DNA of 64,000 nucleotides from Balanoglossus misakiensis. Lineage: Eukaryota > Animalia > Hemichordata. The stretch is from assembly GCA_040954595.2 (NCBI GenBank), contig CM082587.2, forward strand, positions 4,296,093-4,360,092, given 5' to 3'. Both the position numbers and the translations under genes were made by a program. Below, one piece after another: positions 26,201-41,174 of this stretch. Every line of letters begins with the position of its first letter. The first letter of the stretch is position 1. The notes beneath the pieces are model-generated. The model had not been told where the DNA came from and did no database searches. It was given only the letters and a program-made list of their open reading frames with translations.

Positions 26201-28753
26201 AATCGTTTGAAGACAGTGATCATGGTGACAGTGTTTGACGAAGGACGCGTTGCTAGGTGATGTTCATTTCAGTACAAGAATTAGAATGCGCAAAGACTTG
26301 CCTTTGGGCCTTGAAAAAAAATACTCCTGCGACACTGATCGCTGGAACTGGTTACTTTGAATTGCCAAAACAGCATTTTTTTAAAAACAAGATTAATTTC
26401 ACTAGTGGAAACTTGTAGTATAGGCGATTAACCTTGACCCAGTCGCTATGGAGGGTTACAGCACGTTCGCTTTGCTGCTAATTTTCTCCGAATTTCCAAT
26501 TCGCTTCCGTCACAGTAAAACAAGCCAAAAACCTTAGAAGTAACACTAATATATTATGAAGACAGATATGCATATTTATATATACGAAGTTTGCAGCCAA
26601 GTATGGCATGTTAAGCTAAGCCTCACATTGAAGTTAGATCCCTTATGACAACCCGATATTGATCTGGAACTTTCGTGTAGCGAAAGGTTTTTAAAATTAA
26701 TTTTTCAATCTTCACTCATAACTATAGGTTCATCCCAACCGGATATGGTTACTTTCCGGTTTTGACCGATAGATGGCACTGTGCGTTCAAGCCGGACCAT
26801 TTCTCGCAGGCCGGACCATTGCAAACTACTCGCTCAGTGTTCATACAACCCTAACCCAAGTTTGAACATTGCAGTAGAGCTCTACAGAAACCTTAGTTTA
26901 CGGAGGCGGAATCGCCTAAAAGGCAAATGGAATTTTCGGGGGGGGGGGTTAGGAAATAAAAGAGACGCCTTTTTTCAACGGTGACCCGTTCGCCTATTTG
27001 ACTGCGTGATTTCAAAGTAATTTTCCGCGGAGCTGGCCACGCGCACCCTCCCGAAGTCGCAGTTCCTCTCGCTTTTGTGGGGGGAGATGTAGCCCGAGGC
27101 CGTTTCTCCAAGGATTGTCATGATTAAAATGGAGGCACAAGAAACCATGACATTTTCTCTCTTTTCCCGGTTTAACCAAGAGCCCCGTGCCCAGTCGACT
27201 CACGCTGAACGTCCACGGTTTCATTCACCAAGTCACGTTTCTGACCAGACACATGTTAGCAACCCGACGAGAGTTGCAGTCGCCAGTAATGACTGGCCGC
27301 CGGCGATCCACTTTGCTTGGGTTTTGAAAGCTTTTATGCTCGCTTATAAATGAATTCATATTGCAGTGGCATACGGTTTTAAAATACTTCAGCGCTTATG
27401 ATGATAGTTTGGCAAGCCTTGTGGCGGCTATTTAAAACTCATTTTCAGGGGAAGCGTGGTTTTCTCTTTCACGTAAATTGTACACAGAGAATCTTGGAAA
27501 CGACAAGCGATTTGCACCGTTTGTGGAATTCTATTTTTTTTTACTTTTGTCATTTGTGTGCCATATCAAGTGGTCTCCGTGCCCTTCCAAAGCGACGACA
27601 ATCAATTTCAAGGAAAAGGAAAAAAATATACTGCCGATATTGATGGGGTTCTCACGTGCTTGGCTGTAATCTCTTCTGTGGTCAAAGGGCGACTAATGAA
27701 CGTACAACGAATTCTGACAAGCGCGCTAATGCACGTACCCGTAATTTGTAAGGAGTTGTAAATAAAAATAAACCAAACATTTATCCAGAAAATAAATCAT
27801 GCAGTCTCTTTTTCGGAAATTAAACACGTTTTCTATATTTCTGTAATATGATATAGTGTTTACGGGAGAGCACGCGTGAGCGGGGAAATATATGTTATCT
27901 CAAGGTTTGGAAGAAACATATATTACACATATTTTGGTTTTTCTGTGACATCTTTTTCAGACTTGACGGCGGAACGGGGCACAGGAAAGTCGACCACCCA
28001 CTGAAAATAAAACGCGCACAGTGAGTTTTCTGGCGGAAAATGGATGTCAGGCAGCCGCTCAATTAAAATTGTGACACCATGGAAGGATGACTCGAGTGGC
28101 GCATCCACATTGAGCGCTTCTTCAGTGAGCCATTTAAATAACAAGGGAGGGTACTCATTGTAACGTTGCTTATCCCATTAAAGGACTGAAAAAACACCAT
28201 GAAAATATGCGCAGAAATCTTCGTTTTTTCCCAAGAACCTATGACCCAGCCGCTAACAAGAACAACGTAACGTGGGATTTTTTTTCTCAAAAAGAATAAT
28301 TTTCAGTTGATGCGTTGTGGTCCGTTGGATACTAAAATTCTTCTGGTTTCCTATTTATTTTGTGCGCTCGTCTTCTGGTTCAAAAACTGCTAGTGGAAGA
28401 TTTTTGAGTTTATCGAAAGCCAAGTGAAACAAGAAAGACAACGGCGGACTTATTTCCATTGTGCATCTTTTGCCACGTGTCGAACAAAGGCCACGTGAAA
28501 AAAGACTCGCCGAATTTTCTCTGCCAAAAGGGAGGTAATGTAACTGTCATACAGAAAAAAAATGTCGTCAGTCGAGCCAGTGAAAATTTTTTAACGAGGA
28601 AATCACTTTTGTACGAGTTTTCAATGATCTTAACAGGTTAAGCACCCAGGCGGAAAGCGTGGAAAAAGAAAGCCTTTGAAAAGGAACATCTCGTTGGCGT
28701 TTCCAGCGGACCTGTCACTGTGTCCGCCATCCTCGCTTTGGAAAGTGATGTCA

Positions 28754-28770
28754 GCGCGCGCGCGCGCGCG
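28754..28770. repeat. (GC)8 alternating run
   Basis: gcgcgcgcgcgcgcgcg. Confidence 0.9.
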
Positions 28771-31700
28771 GTGTTTTTTAGAAATCGACAACGTATATTA
28801 CATGTAAAGTGGCTTGAACTGGCGCATTTGCGATGCAGTGCGGGGAAAGGGGGTCCTTTGTTTTTTCTTTAGTGCTAAATCGGACTAAACGTGCTCACTG
28901 AACAAAAAAATACCGATTACATGCTCGTATTAAATGGGCCATAAATGAAAGACTTTTTGAACCCAAGGAGTCTCGTTAAAACAGTCATCTTGAGAGAGAG
29001 AGAGAGAAAGAGAGAGAGAGATATGATAGAGAGAGACGTTCACTCTCATTGTGGACTTAGAGACATCCTCTTATGTATCACACGGATGTACACAGTCGCT
29101 CTTAACTCTGCGGCGGGCTACCTGTCTCCTTTGTTCCTTTTTTCCCTTCCCGAGCGGATGGAAACGGCGTACAACCGTAACTACCTGTAGCCAATGGTAA
29201 CGATCTACCATTACGACTTAATGAGAATGCTATCGTATGGACCTGCAGTACACTTTTCAAATGTAATTCGATTCAAGTTTTTGTGCGCCATTCGGAAATC
29301 TACGCACCGTCTCATCTTCTCGCCGCTAACCAGTAACTAATTAAATACTAAACGTCTTTCAAATCCAGTTTTATCTTACAGTACTTTTCAATAAGCGGCC
29401 CGGCGCATTGTTTGGCATTTACTTCAAAGCTCGTTTTTCGCTCCACTTTCTCTCTCTCCATCGGTACTATATTTTGGAACATTTGGATAAGTGTTTTAAA
29501 AACAAACTGTGATCAATCTCATAATTCTCGCTACGCCCGGAAATTTTAACATTTACGTTTGTGAACGAGACCATGCGATAAAAAATTGCACGGTAGCTTT
29601 TTAATGACAATGGGGCATTATTTCATTTTAAATAGACCCGTCGTTTAAATACCATTTCCCGCCACTTTTCATCGATTTTTAATTTCTTTAATTAATTAAT
29701 TATTATTTACTGATGTCCAACGGCATTCCCCCGGCTATGCTAAGAATTATCGTTTCGATTTTCTCTAATAATTTAAATTGATTTTTTTTTCATTGTCTCT
29801 TACTTGTCTGATCTGACTTTCGGGAAAAGGGAGGAAGAATACTAGTTAGGCAATGTGTCTATGCAAAGCAATAGGAAATGCTGCCACTGAGACGGTTTTC
29901 TCGAAACATTCTCCCCATCGAACCGTATAATAGATACACCTGTCAGCGGGTAATTAAAATTACACATATACATGGCCGCCAATTGAAAAAAACATTTCCC
30001 GAAGAAAATAAATTAATTTATTATATTGAATGTGGACTGGTCCCCCTTACAGTAGTAACTTGAATTAGACTTGTTTCAATTACCATGCGAAATGCACGTC
30101 AGTCAGAGAGCTGTTCAAAAACCCATCAAAACTATCCACATAATAAAAAAATTGGAGGGAAAGTCATTATTTCCTGGATACAAAATGTCGTCTGCAAATC
30201 ATCAATCTCCTGTATTTGAGGCAGTGTCGGAAAATGGGGGATAAATCCAGAGCGATTTGGGCCCGGGAAGAGAAAATCACCGCACTCGTGGGAGAAAATT
30301 GGAGAGTTTTGACGCGATAATAGTAATAATACGAAAATTGACCGTAATTCAGGTGATTTCTGAGCGCGGTCCAATTACCGCCACAGACAATAGAAAAGAT
30401 GGGGGAAAGACACAGGATATTACAAAGTATATCGTGTTATCGTGTATAAATTCTCAGATAATACAAAGAGGACGTGCTACGCTGTATGTTTCTACCAAAT
30501 GGACAACACCCGTTACAGCTGTAATCAGGCAAGATGGCGGCGGCCAAACGAGGCAGGCCGTGTCGTGATGATGAGAAAATAACAACTCACACGCGACGCG
30601 GGAAAATACACGGACTGACATAATGGCCGAGTGTGTGACTTCCTGACTAACAACATTAAAAATTAACATATCTCAAACGGCTGTCTTGTTTTCGTATCTT
30701 AATCCAAAAAAAATATTGAGATATTTGTATTTTGAGCACTGATGGCTTAATCATCTCAAAGGGAAGCACGCCCTTTATATTTTTACATCTCGTCGTTCCC
30801 AATAATAAAGAACTGAGTAGAACAGAATCACAACAAATCTCTCAAAATACAATTTTAAACAGCAAAGGTTACAGATTATTTGAGGAAGCTACTGCTATGA
30901 GTACGTGTTGACCCCCTCCCCTTAATGTATGGTCTAGAAGTACTAGCTATATATACATGTATGGATATACGCACAGTCACTATACTCAGGAAATATTATT
31001 GAGGAACGTAATCATTACTTTGGCACGATCTCGGAATTTGGCTCGAGGAATTCGGTCGTTCAACTCCAAATTGGCGCTCGCCGATCGTGCGCGTATCCTC
31101 TTTCTCGGATGAGTATCAAAGAAATCGTGTGATGAACACAACGGAATATTGCAACTTTCCTAAAATGTGCTTTCTCCCGTAGAATGCATGATCATATATC
31201 GGAAGGCGTATAATTTTTTAAAGTATCGCATGTGTCATTTCTCGATTTTTGATGTAATTTAACGCAACCAGAACGTTTACGGGACTCTTAAAATGTGTAA
31301 CTTTAGATTTTCAGTGACGCAGGTTTTTCGTAAATTGCGATGCCAAGATTATGTAACATAATTCGATATTTCAGTTGCGGCGCTGGCCACTGTCTTGTCT
31401 GCGTTTCAATAACCGTTCTTTTTCCCCATCAATTATGTTGGCACCATAAGCTAATGTCGGGAGACATTCTCCGTATTCTGATCTTTTGTTTTAAATAATA
31501 AATATCTTCATTTTCTTCTTTTTCGGTATAGAAGAGGTAAACCCAAGAGGCATAGATAAGTTATTGGTCATTTATGTTCTCTGATGATGTTCTGTGCTGA
31601 TACTTGTTTGACTGATGTATAATATGGAACAGAACGCCGAAGCTCTGGTACCTTCAGCCGCAAAATGGTACCGGACATATACTGTTACATATAGCTTTGA

Positions 31701-34700
31701 GCCACGCCATCGCAACCACAATATCATTATCAAATCCCGTACAAGGGTGAAGTTTGTTGAGTGTAGTGTCATCGCCATAACAGTATACAGTGTGCTGCAA
31801 CGAGCCTTTCACCGTGGATGCCAGTGCCACACACTGCCGGCTAAGAATTGCTTAGTGCAACGTATGTGAAGTCAACGACACCTTTGAAGTAGTGACACAC
31901 GCGCACGAGACGCGATTTTGTGAGAGACCAATTTACCCACACCACTGTGTGGTGCCACACTCCTCACTCTGTCGTGCAGTGTGACATACATCATTGGTGT
32001 AGTGTGACGCGTTACTCCCATTCCCTAAACTGTGTTCTTCACGAAAATTGCTAACGACGACAATCCATGACAGACGAAGAAGACACGAGATGATTCGGGC
32101 AGATTATGGAATCGAAGGCATTCGAACGTAAGAGTTTAATTGGACCTTGCCAGCGTCTTATCTCTACGGGATTCGAATATTGACAAGCACACTGGCTGGC
32201 TGCTACGTTCGTAAACTTGCACTAAAATATGTTACACGGTACTTTAAACGTAGAAAGAGAGCCACTCAGACACTTTAAAGAAACGCTTATGGCAACGCCT
32301 AAGCAAACATATTGAATGATTAATTTTTCGTGTTCTTACATCCTTGATCTGCAAATGGAAACTTTAACTTCCGCCATTTTCCTCTTTTCATTTTTGCAAG
32401 CTATTGTTGAATAATTGATAGTTCGATTCTCTGAAATCCTACTACCTCCTTTTATGTTTTTAAATAGCGCAAGATGTAATAAAATTTAGCTCTCTCGTCT
32501 TCTCTGTCTCTGTCTCTCTCTCTCCCATCCCTATAGTAGATGCCCTTTGTTAACATAGCCAAGGAAAATGTTTCATGCCTTACAGTGCGGTACAAGGCAC
32601 GACCCTTCATTTCGGTTCTGGGAACAAAAGCCGATAGAAAACGAGGCGCATGCTGCTCCCGGCAGCCGAAGGCAACTAGACACAGATATCAGTGAGTTTG
32701 GAATTTGACGTCTTTGAAAGATACATTTTAAAGTCGGTGTATCTGAAGGCAATAAATAGTAGAATGGTCTTTAATTATAAATGTTATGATCGCTGTGATT
32801 TTACTGCACATAAAGCATGTCGCTGATATCGTCGAAACACAACATGCCTTCGTTGTGCCCCGCAAAATAAAACTTATATGTACCATTACTGATTTGACAT
32901 CACAAATTATCCCTTCTACCAACTGTGAACGACTCGGAGGTAGACATAAATTATGGGGCACAGATGGAGGGGGGGGGGGCAATCGGTGGAAAGGGGAGGA
33001 GGGTTTAACGGGAAGATAAGGACGTCGAAGGGGGGGGGCGGAGATGAAAGAAGGGGCACCGTGTCAATGAAGACCAACGAATCAAAAGCTTGGAGTTTCG
33101 ACTTTCACCAAAAAAGGCCAAAATGAAGATGATGCGGAGAACGCGCCGGGGATAAATTCTCTCCATTGGAACATATTGAGATTGAGAGAAATGTGCATGT
33201 TTGCCCAGTAGTGGAAGAGGAAGGGGCAAAGGCCTGATTATAGGGGTAATTGGGGATTGACCCTAAAGACCCGGCATGCAAGTTATATAGGTCAATATGT
33301 GCGGGTCGTCAGACACCAGGGATGGTTGACACACTCTATTTGCCTAATATACCCCGGATGTCATAATACAAGGGACAAGCGTGTTGCTTATTCGTGCTAA
33401 CAGTACTATGCAAAACCACGTGAGATCTCGCGGGGTCTCGTGGTGTTCTGAAACTGGCCTACTTTGGAGCACGCATATGAGGTTCTTCAGAAACCAACAC
33501 AAACAACATTCCATTCTAGAGTTAAACCGCGGGTTTCACTGTTGCCGGCCGACGGAGGAAGAGCCAAGGATACGTCTATCTCGGTTATTTCTGATTTTTG
33601 AGAATTTAGTGGTAAGCCAATTCAAAATATGGTCATTTAACAATCTTGCTTAAAAACGAAAATTGATCGTTTTTATTATGGAAAATGACGCTTTGAAATC
33701 ATTTGAACAAACAAACAGCAAAACAAACGAGAAATGCCAATTAACTGTGGCGATGGACCGCATCATTAGCACCAAGGCACGTCGACGCATCTAGAGAATT
33801 ATCAGGAAAACTACTTTCACACCAGAATGAGTTAAGACGTTATATTTATGAACAACACAAGTGATGGAACAAACAACAAGATTAGAAGTCGGTCGTGTAC
33901 TTTTTTCCTTTCTCTCGAAAACTATCCTAATACCGGTGTTTGGAAGGGAATAAAAAAAATTCTTCCGGCACGCAGTGACATCGAAATGAATGATTATCCC
34001 GTCTTTGCAAGCGAGCATGTGTTTGTTCCTCGTCGGGGTTTTATCGAGTTGATTGACTAACCGAAATGCATCGGAAGCCTCGGGTTCGTCTTGAACGTCA
34101 TTAAAAAGTGACTTACGCTGACTGTATACTGGCGAAGTGGGATCCCGGCCATTAAGCAAAATTGACGACAAAAGAACCGTTATTCACGTCCCCAATTTTA
34201 TGCGCGGTTTCCCCTGATGCGGTTTCCCCTTCTTATAGCCGTAGTTAAAAACGCACGCTAATTTTAGGGGCTCCCGCCGTCGCCCATTCTCCGCGATAGT
34301 CCGAATTTGTATCTGCATATAATGTAACACTGGGCGGTTAATCGCCGTTCCTGACAATGCACAGCCGGGCGTAGCCAAGATGAAAGGCCCTACTGGCGAA
34401 GGAAAATGGCGAGCCCAGCGCAAGGTAATATGATCGTAATTGTTGTCAATTGAATTACAGTGTTGAGTGAGCCCATCGCGTTCATCTTGCTGTACCAATT
34501 ACCAGCAAGGGGAAAGAAAGAGTGGACTCGCTTATCGACTGAAAGGCAACCTTCCGAGCCCGCAATCCCCCCAACCAGAGCACCGGACAACTTCCTTGTG
34601 CAATTAAGTGATCAACCAGCTTATCAAAGAAATTCGCTTTTCAGTCGTCGTATTTTTTTTAACTCGCGAATTTATTCCGGCCTCGGCAAAACAGAGAAAT

Positions 34701-35620
34701 CAAACAATTTAATCATTTCATCGACAAATCGACGGCGAGCGTAAAATTTGTTATCACGCTGCTCCATTTAGTCATTTCCAGTGACTTAGGCGCTCGCTGA
34801 AGCAGCTTGCCCGCTGACTTCTGCATTTTTTGAACAAACGATTTGCCATTTACGGTGCCAGTTTTTTTCCCCTTCCTTCTGCTGTGTGATTTCACACACA
34901 CTGGCAGTAGACACGATTCCTGGCAGGAAATGTTTATCGGGATGACTGATGCGGGGCTCTGCACATTTATAACATTCAAGCCACTTCTCTAGGGCAAAGC
35001 TCATCGTGTTCAAGTGTTTAATCTGAAACAATATCGATAATTTCAATCTTGTTGAAAACCCACATGTCTATATAGACATCACTATGTCATGTTAACTCTA
35101 GAACGTACGCCATTTGGAGAACATTGAATGAGTAGACTCATTTTGTTCTCATTTCTGGTGAATTGTCAACGTTACTGGTTGTCGAATAACCATCAAATTA
35201 CGGAATAATATTTGTGGTTACGAGAATATTTAACCTCGCTCTGAATTTGAATAATACACTGGTAGAGATTTTTCACTGCAGTTATTGGATATTTGAGTCG
35301 AACACAAATTTCATTTAAAAATTTGAAGGGAAAGAGAATAGATATTTGAGACTCGTGCCGAGTTGTACGTTATATTTTTTAAGGGAGGCGCGCGTGTGTG
35401 TTTTTATGCTGTGTTGAGACGTGGTTCTTGGCGTCATTTTTGATGCGGATCTCATCTCAGTCCGCCGTTTGCAGTCGAGGCACACACGAATCGATCGCCG
35501 CCCGTCACCTTGTCACGACTGCTGGTGCGAAGCATATGTTCGGAGTCACTTTACAGTCGATCTAGCTCATCATTCTGCAGCTGATCTGGTGACAAACATC
35601 AAGCGACCCATTTGAAGCGA

Positions 35621-35623
<3 letters not shown>

Positions 35624-35652
<29 letters not shown>
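35624..35652. repeat. (TC)n microsatellite
   Basis: Direct read. Confidence 0.85.
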
Positions 35653-35653
<1 letters not shown>

Positions 35654-38333
35654 CCGTCGGAGGTGAGCTATTGTGATGCAAATTACCCGATCTCAAAGGG
35701 GGATAAGTTGGCCCACTTGCTAACGGATATTAGCGAGGTACTTTGATAATACTACCTACTCTTGCCATATGGGGGAATTCGGTGTCACATCGACTAACTC
35801 CCTGCACCGCACGCATGTACTTGGGCGCGCATTAAAAAACTTTTCTGGCGTAAGAACATTAAAACGGGCTTCGCTCATCGGTTATTCATTAAATAAATGC
35901 AATCTTTATTGTGGACCTATCGGATAATACTATTATCAACGAACAATACAATTTTTACGATAACGCACTCCGTAATGGCTGGGGCGGGGTCTGCCTTTGT
36001 CACGGCTTTCAACTAAACTCTGCTCGTAATGTTTCATTCTAAGGCGTTGTGTATAACGCAACTGAACACAACGATCAGAATTACACGGATTCGCTGCAAG
36101 CAAGTCCCTCGCGTCCCCTTACTCACTCCCTCGCTCGCTCACTCACTCGCTCCGATGTTATTCCAATCGTCAAGGCAGACTACTTTCGTGTTATTAATAG
36201 TATCACTTCCGTAACGCGGAAGAAAAACGACATCACGCACAGATAAACAGAATTTTAAACCGTAACGGGGGAAGGCACGTCCTCATTTGCATAAAAAGAT
36301 GGCGGATGCATCTTGTTTCTCTTGTTGACAAAATCAAAAAGAAGGGGAGTGATAGGATTATCTGCTCAATTTAACGAACAAACAAGAAAACAAACAAATA
36401 CAAGATACGCCCGCACAAAATTTGAATTAAAGTGAACAATAAGGAAAACGGAAATAATTGGCTTGTTTGCTACAATTAAATCGAATCCCTCTTCTGTAGC
36501 TTTATTTTAGAGACCCAGGATTAAATTGGGGATAAAATACTTAAATATGCTATAATTGTGGGATGATTCACTGGTTAGCCACTTAGCAAAGAATTGAGAA
36601 CTTTTCAATCTATCAGTTACCGTCTCGGCAAAGGGTATATAGGCCTACATATAGTAATCGGTTATGCAAGACATACATTTGGCGTGGGGAAAGACCAAAC
36701 GTAAACTTCAGATCCGCACAATACCAAGGAGGCGGCGAAAATGTGGAACGACAATTCAATTATCAGCGGGTCATGTAGCGTTCCTTGACGGCATTTGGAA
36801 GATGGACACTTCCGAGACGTTGAAGAAGTGACAGCTCCAACTTTCGGCAATCGAGTGAAACATCTCTGATACAGGGACCCCTACCAATTTGCGCCATTGT
36901 AAATTCGCAGCTTTCAAATGTGCATTACCAATTATTCAGAGCTGGAGCGTGAGTCATGTAGTCATTATGGCGCCAATCTGTATACGTCTATTGAAGTGAC
37001 GATCGCCAAAGTATCCTGTCAGTCTGTCGCTACAGAAATCGTGATATAAAGTAGAATATTCGCATTGTTTGTCAAGATGTGCAGTATGATACAAAGTAAC
37101 AGTACATCCTTTGCATTGGTGTACATGTACATTGTAACAGTTACATGTATACTTTGTGTCTGTTTTGACTTACTACCGACTGTGTCCTGTGGTACTCATG
37201 TACGCAGCCGCAGACGGGACGTCCTCCTCCCTTTAACCGAATTCAAACATGACTCTTTTAAAACCCTTCTGTTAAATGGATGTTATCTGTATCTAATCCC
37301 GAGTGTGAAAAAACTTTAGTTTATACTTCGCATGTGTTCATGTTTGGTTCGTAACGTTTGAGAAACTGGTGACGGAGACATTGACCTATTTGCCCGTCTT
37401 CAGCCTGTTAACGCGGTCACCGAATTTCAAAATTTCAGTCATTGTTGAAAAAGGGGGTTCTCGAGGCGAGGCCACTTAGCTCGGTTAAAAGTGAATCTGA
37501 TTTGAATCTTTGGGGGAAGACTAGTTTGTCAATGCATCCACTGCGAGAAGCAACGTGACGTTGCATCGGGGATCGCGGACGACAGGAAATCAAGGCCCGG
37601 CAGAGAAAAGCCCCGGCTTGTGATAATATCAAAGTGTGTCTATTTTACGGATTTAAAGCTTAAAACGTGGAAAATTAAAAAGCATATGCAGGGAGAGAAG
37701 GCGTCCTGAAAGATGGGATAAACACAGTCGCCGATCCGATTTATTTTTTTAATATCATACTTCAGCCGCTAACTAGCTGGCATCATTTCATTAGAAGAAT
37801 TTGGAATTTGGGCGTAATCTCTTTTGCACGGCTTAGCTGCATTGTCGCTGGGTTCATGTCGGCCTTGAAATGCCGGGGCATCGAGTGGCACCGCTGCTAA
37901 TCGCGTGATTTTCGTCGAAATCCGCGCGCTCAGTCGTGAAATCTTGACGACATACGAGGATATTAGCGAATTTCAGTGCACGGTCGTATTCAGCTGGCTT
38001 GTGGCGTAGGGACAATGGCTTTCTTTTTTGGGGGGGAATAAAGATTCCCGTAAGCCCCCTCCGAATTTTTTATCTGGATAAAACCAAAAACCATTCGTCT
38101 CTTTTAATAGGAATTGCTTCTAGGGTCACGGGTCGGCAAAGGCAGCGTAAAAAAGTTTGCGCAACACTTGAATTGAAATTTGAGTGTAATTTTATACTAA
38201 GACCTTTATTGGCTGGGTGTCAATTTAAACTCGTTACGTACAGCTGCCTCGGTTTTTGGACTGTTGTGAGTGTTTTGACTTGTTGCGATTGATGATGGTG
38301 GCTGAATATGAAAAGCATTAGCCTCTTTTGCGA

Positions 38334-38403
<70 letters not shown>

Positions 38404-38411
38404 GTCATCAT
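38334..38411. repeat. (CAT)n microsatellite
   Basis: Direct read; gives rise to the spurious poly-M and poly-D ORFs. Confidence 0.96.
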
Positions 38412-38693
38412 TCCTGCACGGTGAATGATGATGCAAGTGAGAATCACCACAACCACCCTATTTGGGCTTGTTTTTAAATAAAGGATGTAAATATAAACAT
38501 TCGTGGAAATGACAGCAAACCCTGACACAGGAAGCAACTTTCACGGTTTCCTTGGTAATAAATGAAGCAGTGAAAACAACCTTTAAAAAGAATGACGGCA
38601 TCACTGTTTATAAATAAACATGTTACTAAATATAGTCCTGGTTTGACGTGACAACATATTAACTTTTATTCCATCTCCCGGTACTTTGGTATT
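38411..38693 (+). repeat. Diverged ~280-bp direct repeat, copy 1
   Basis: Shares gcaagtgagaatcaccaca, tcacggtttc.ttggtaataaatgaag and actaaatatagtcctggtt.gacgtgac with 41862-42138. Confidence 0.85.
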
Positions 38694-41174
38694 TTCGGCA
38701 ATTATTTAAACCTCCTACATTGACTGTTACAGAAGTTAAAAAGATTGACACACTAGTAGTAATCTGAAATGGATTTTAGTAGATTGAAATTGTTGTGACC
38801 CCAACTCTACTCATGTCCTACTTTCAAAGTGTGAGGACTAGAAAATAAGTAACAAAGCTGAAGCATTGAATGATTTGCAAATAATCGGAAACGTGATCCG
38901 AAAGAATCGTGCGACACATCGCATCGTTTTGTATAAAACCCAAACTCCAATGCGCTGTATGAACTGCACACGCGTTCTCGGTCATAATAATAACGTGATT
39001 TTTTGCAAAACAACGTACGGCTTGCTCAGAATGTGCTTTTGAGCGAAGGAGAATGCATACTATTCACCATTATCGTTGATGCACATTTCGAATTTATGGA
39101 AATAATATTTTGCATCGGTCGCTGCCGACAACAGTACATGTACGCGGGTCAAAGGTTTCACAGCTCCACGGAGGTAAGTCAATTCGCTATTTGAAGATAA
39201 TTTTACTCAGAACGTATATGGTTCGCGGTTCATTTGGTGTCACTGAAAAAAAATTCTCGTTCTCACAACGCAGAGATTGATTAAAACTGTTGTTTTCCTC
39301 CGAAAATGAGTCTTCTGGTTCCAAAAAGACATACATGCAACTAATTATGCGGCAGAGACGTTGAAATGGTAGGGTTTTACGTATGCTCCGAGCTTCCGAG
39401 TCCACTCGGCAAGTTTCGGTCGAAAGAACACCGTTCACGATTAAAGTGACGAAAACGGAGAAAAGGGTTGTCGAAATTCGCAACAAATCAGTGCCTGTTC
39501 CTATCAAACCTGCCTTTGATGGCGCAGTGTGAGCCTTTTTAGCTCATTGTCAGTGTGTGATTAAACATATCCCGCCAACAACACGCTTCAAGAGACTCTG
39601 TCAAATTTCTAGAAGTAAGGTTTTAACGAAAAATCAACTCAACAAAACGGCAGTAGAAGTATTCGATCGCCGGACTAGTTCCAAAGGCAGTAAAGCGTGA
39701 GGGAAGGAAACAGCGTGGTACCGTCACTATGATCGAAATCATCGTGAATAAATCCTGTGTTTGTAATGATTCGATGGTCCAGATGAAGACTCATCATCAT
39801 CATCATCATGCGTATGATGATGTTTGAGTTTGGTGTTTGATCACAAGTGAAGTGTGGGCTTCGGCGCATGTCTAAATTTAAGAAAATACTGAAGAAATGG
39901 CGTTTATCTAGCTTTGATGGGGGAAAAAATATATCAGTCACCCCACCACCCACCCAAAGGGGACGCCGACAAATCTAAGAGATACATTTTGCGTCAAAAA
40001 AGACAAACAATGTCACATTCACGCAGTAATTTCCGCCGTTTAGAATATTCGTTATTTATGAGTAGATCTGCCATAGAGAAGTTAGTTAGTTCGTAAATAA
40101 ATGCTTCAGTTCGCCTGTGAATCTTTGATACTCCCTTTGTAATGACCATGTCTTGAATTCCATGTTCATATAGTTTTGTCAATTAATTTGATTAATCACG
40201 CTACATATAGACTTGACGTTAGGATGCGCTACTAACATGTCCCACCGCACGCGCCGTAGACTGCACGGAATTAGTTAGTCACTTACTTTATACATAAGTG
40301 TCACCAGTTAATGACTTAACCAATTAAAGGATGCTATACGGTGTGTTCACTTGGAACACTTAGGGACTTTCAACGAAAAGCCTTTCCTCTGAAGTCGTAT
40401 TCTTACGTTTGCGATGTCGATTTTACCGTTCACTTCTGTCTTGTCTTCGTTTGTTGATATTCTTATTGTGGTGGAGCGACGGCGACCAATACTTATGACG
40501 ATACACTCTTACTAACTGTGTGTCGCGCGATGAAGAATAAAGCTTTGCCAAGTGTGTAATACGCCTCGAAGCCAGTTCTGCAATTACAACAATCCTTGAT
40601 TGTCGCAACTTACATGATTAAATAAACAAAAGGTCTCACCTCTGTTAAGGATAAATTCAACTTCGATGATGTAAGTCCAAACACCGTCAAGCTTGCCGAC
40701 GTTGATTGTGTCGTTGTTGTTGTTGTTTTTTTCACCACACTGTCGTTCGGACAGCTCGCTATCTCTGTTGATCTTGTTCGAACACCTCTGCGCAGATAAA
40801 TGAAACACGGTCAAATTAAAAAAGATGAATGACGCGAATACTCAGCGTTCCCCCTGTATGCCCAGCTGCGTGGAGTGTGTCAGAACGAGGCTGGTGGCAG
40901 CCATGATTGACAAGGTGGGCGGAGCACAGCATGCAAATACACATTACAACACGAGGCCCTGGTTCACGTGTGTCCAGACAACTCGCCAGGGCTTCCACGC
41001 TGCCCCGTGTTTTTGCTGAACGTGTTGGTGTTCGTTGTTTGGCAATGGCATGTGGAAACACTGCAAGAGCGGATATGGGTCACAGGCTCAGTTGCCAGCA
41101 AGTCAAAGTGGGCGCAAAGTGTAACTACTACAATGTACGGTCACTGAAAACAATGTGGTTGTTACTTCGTAGTA

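Noticed and set aside
30527-30548. aggcaagatg resembling the miR-31 5' end
   Set aside because: The match stops after 10 nt and no hairpin is evident; better explained as a YY1 motif
37514-37532. ggaagactagt resembling miR-7
   Set aside because: The 3' half is mismatched and no precursor stem is seen
38206-38537. Poly-D and poly-M ORFs
   Set aside because: Translations of the (CAT)n microsatellite
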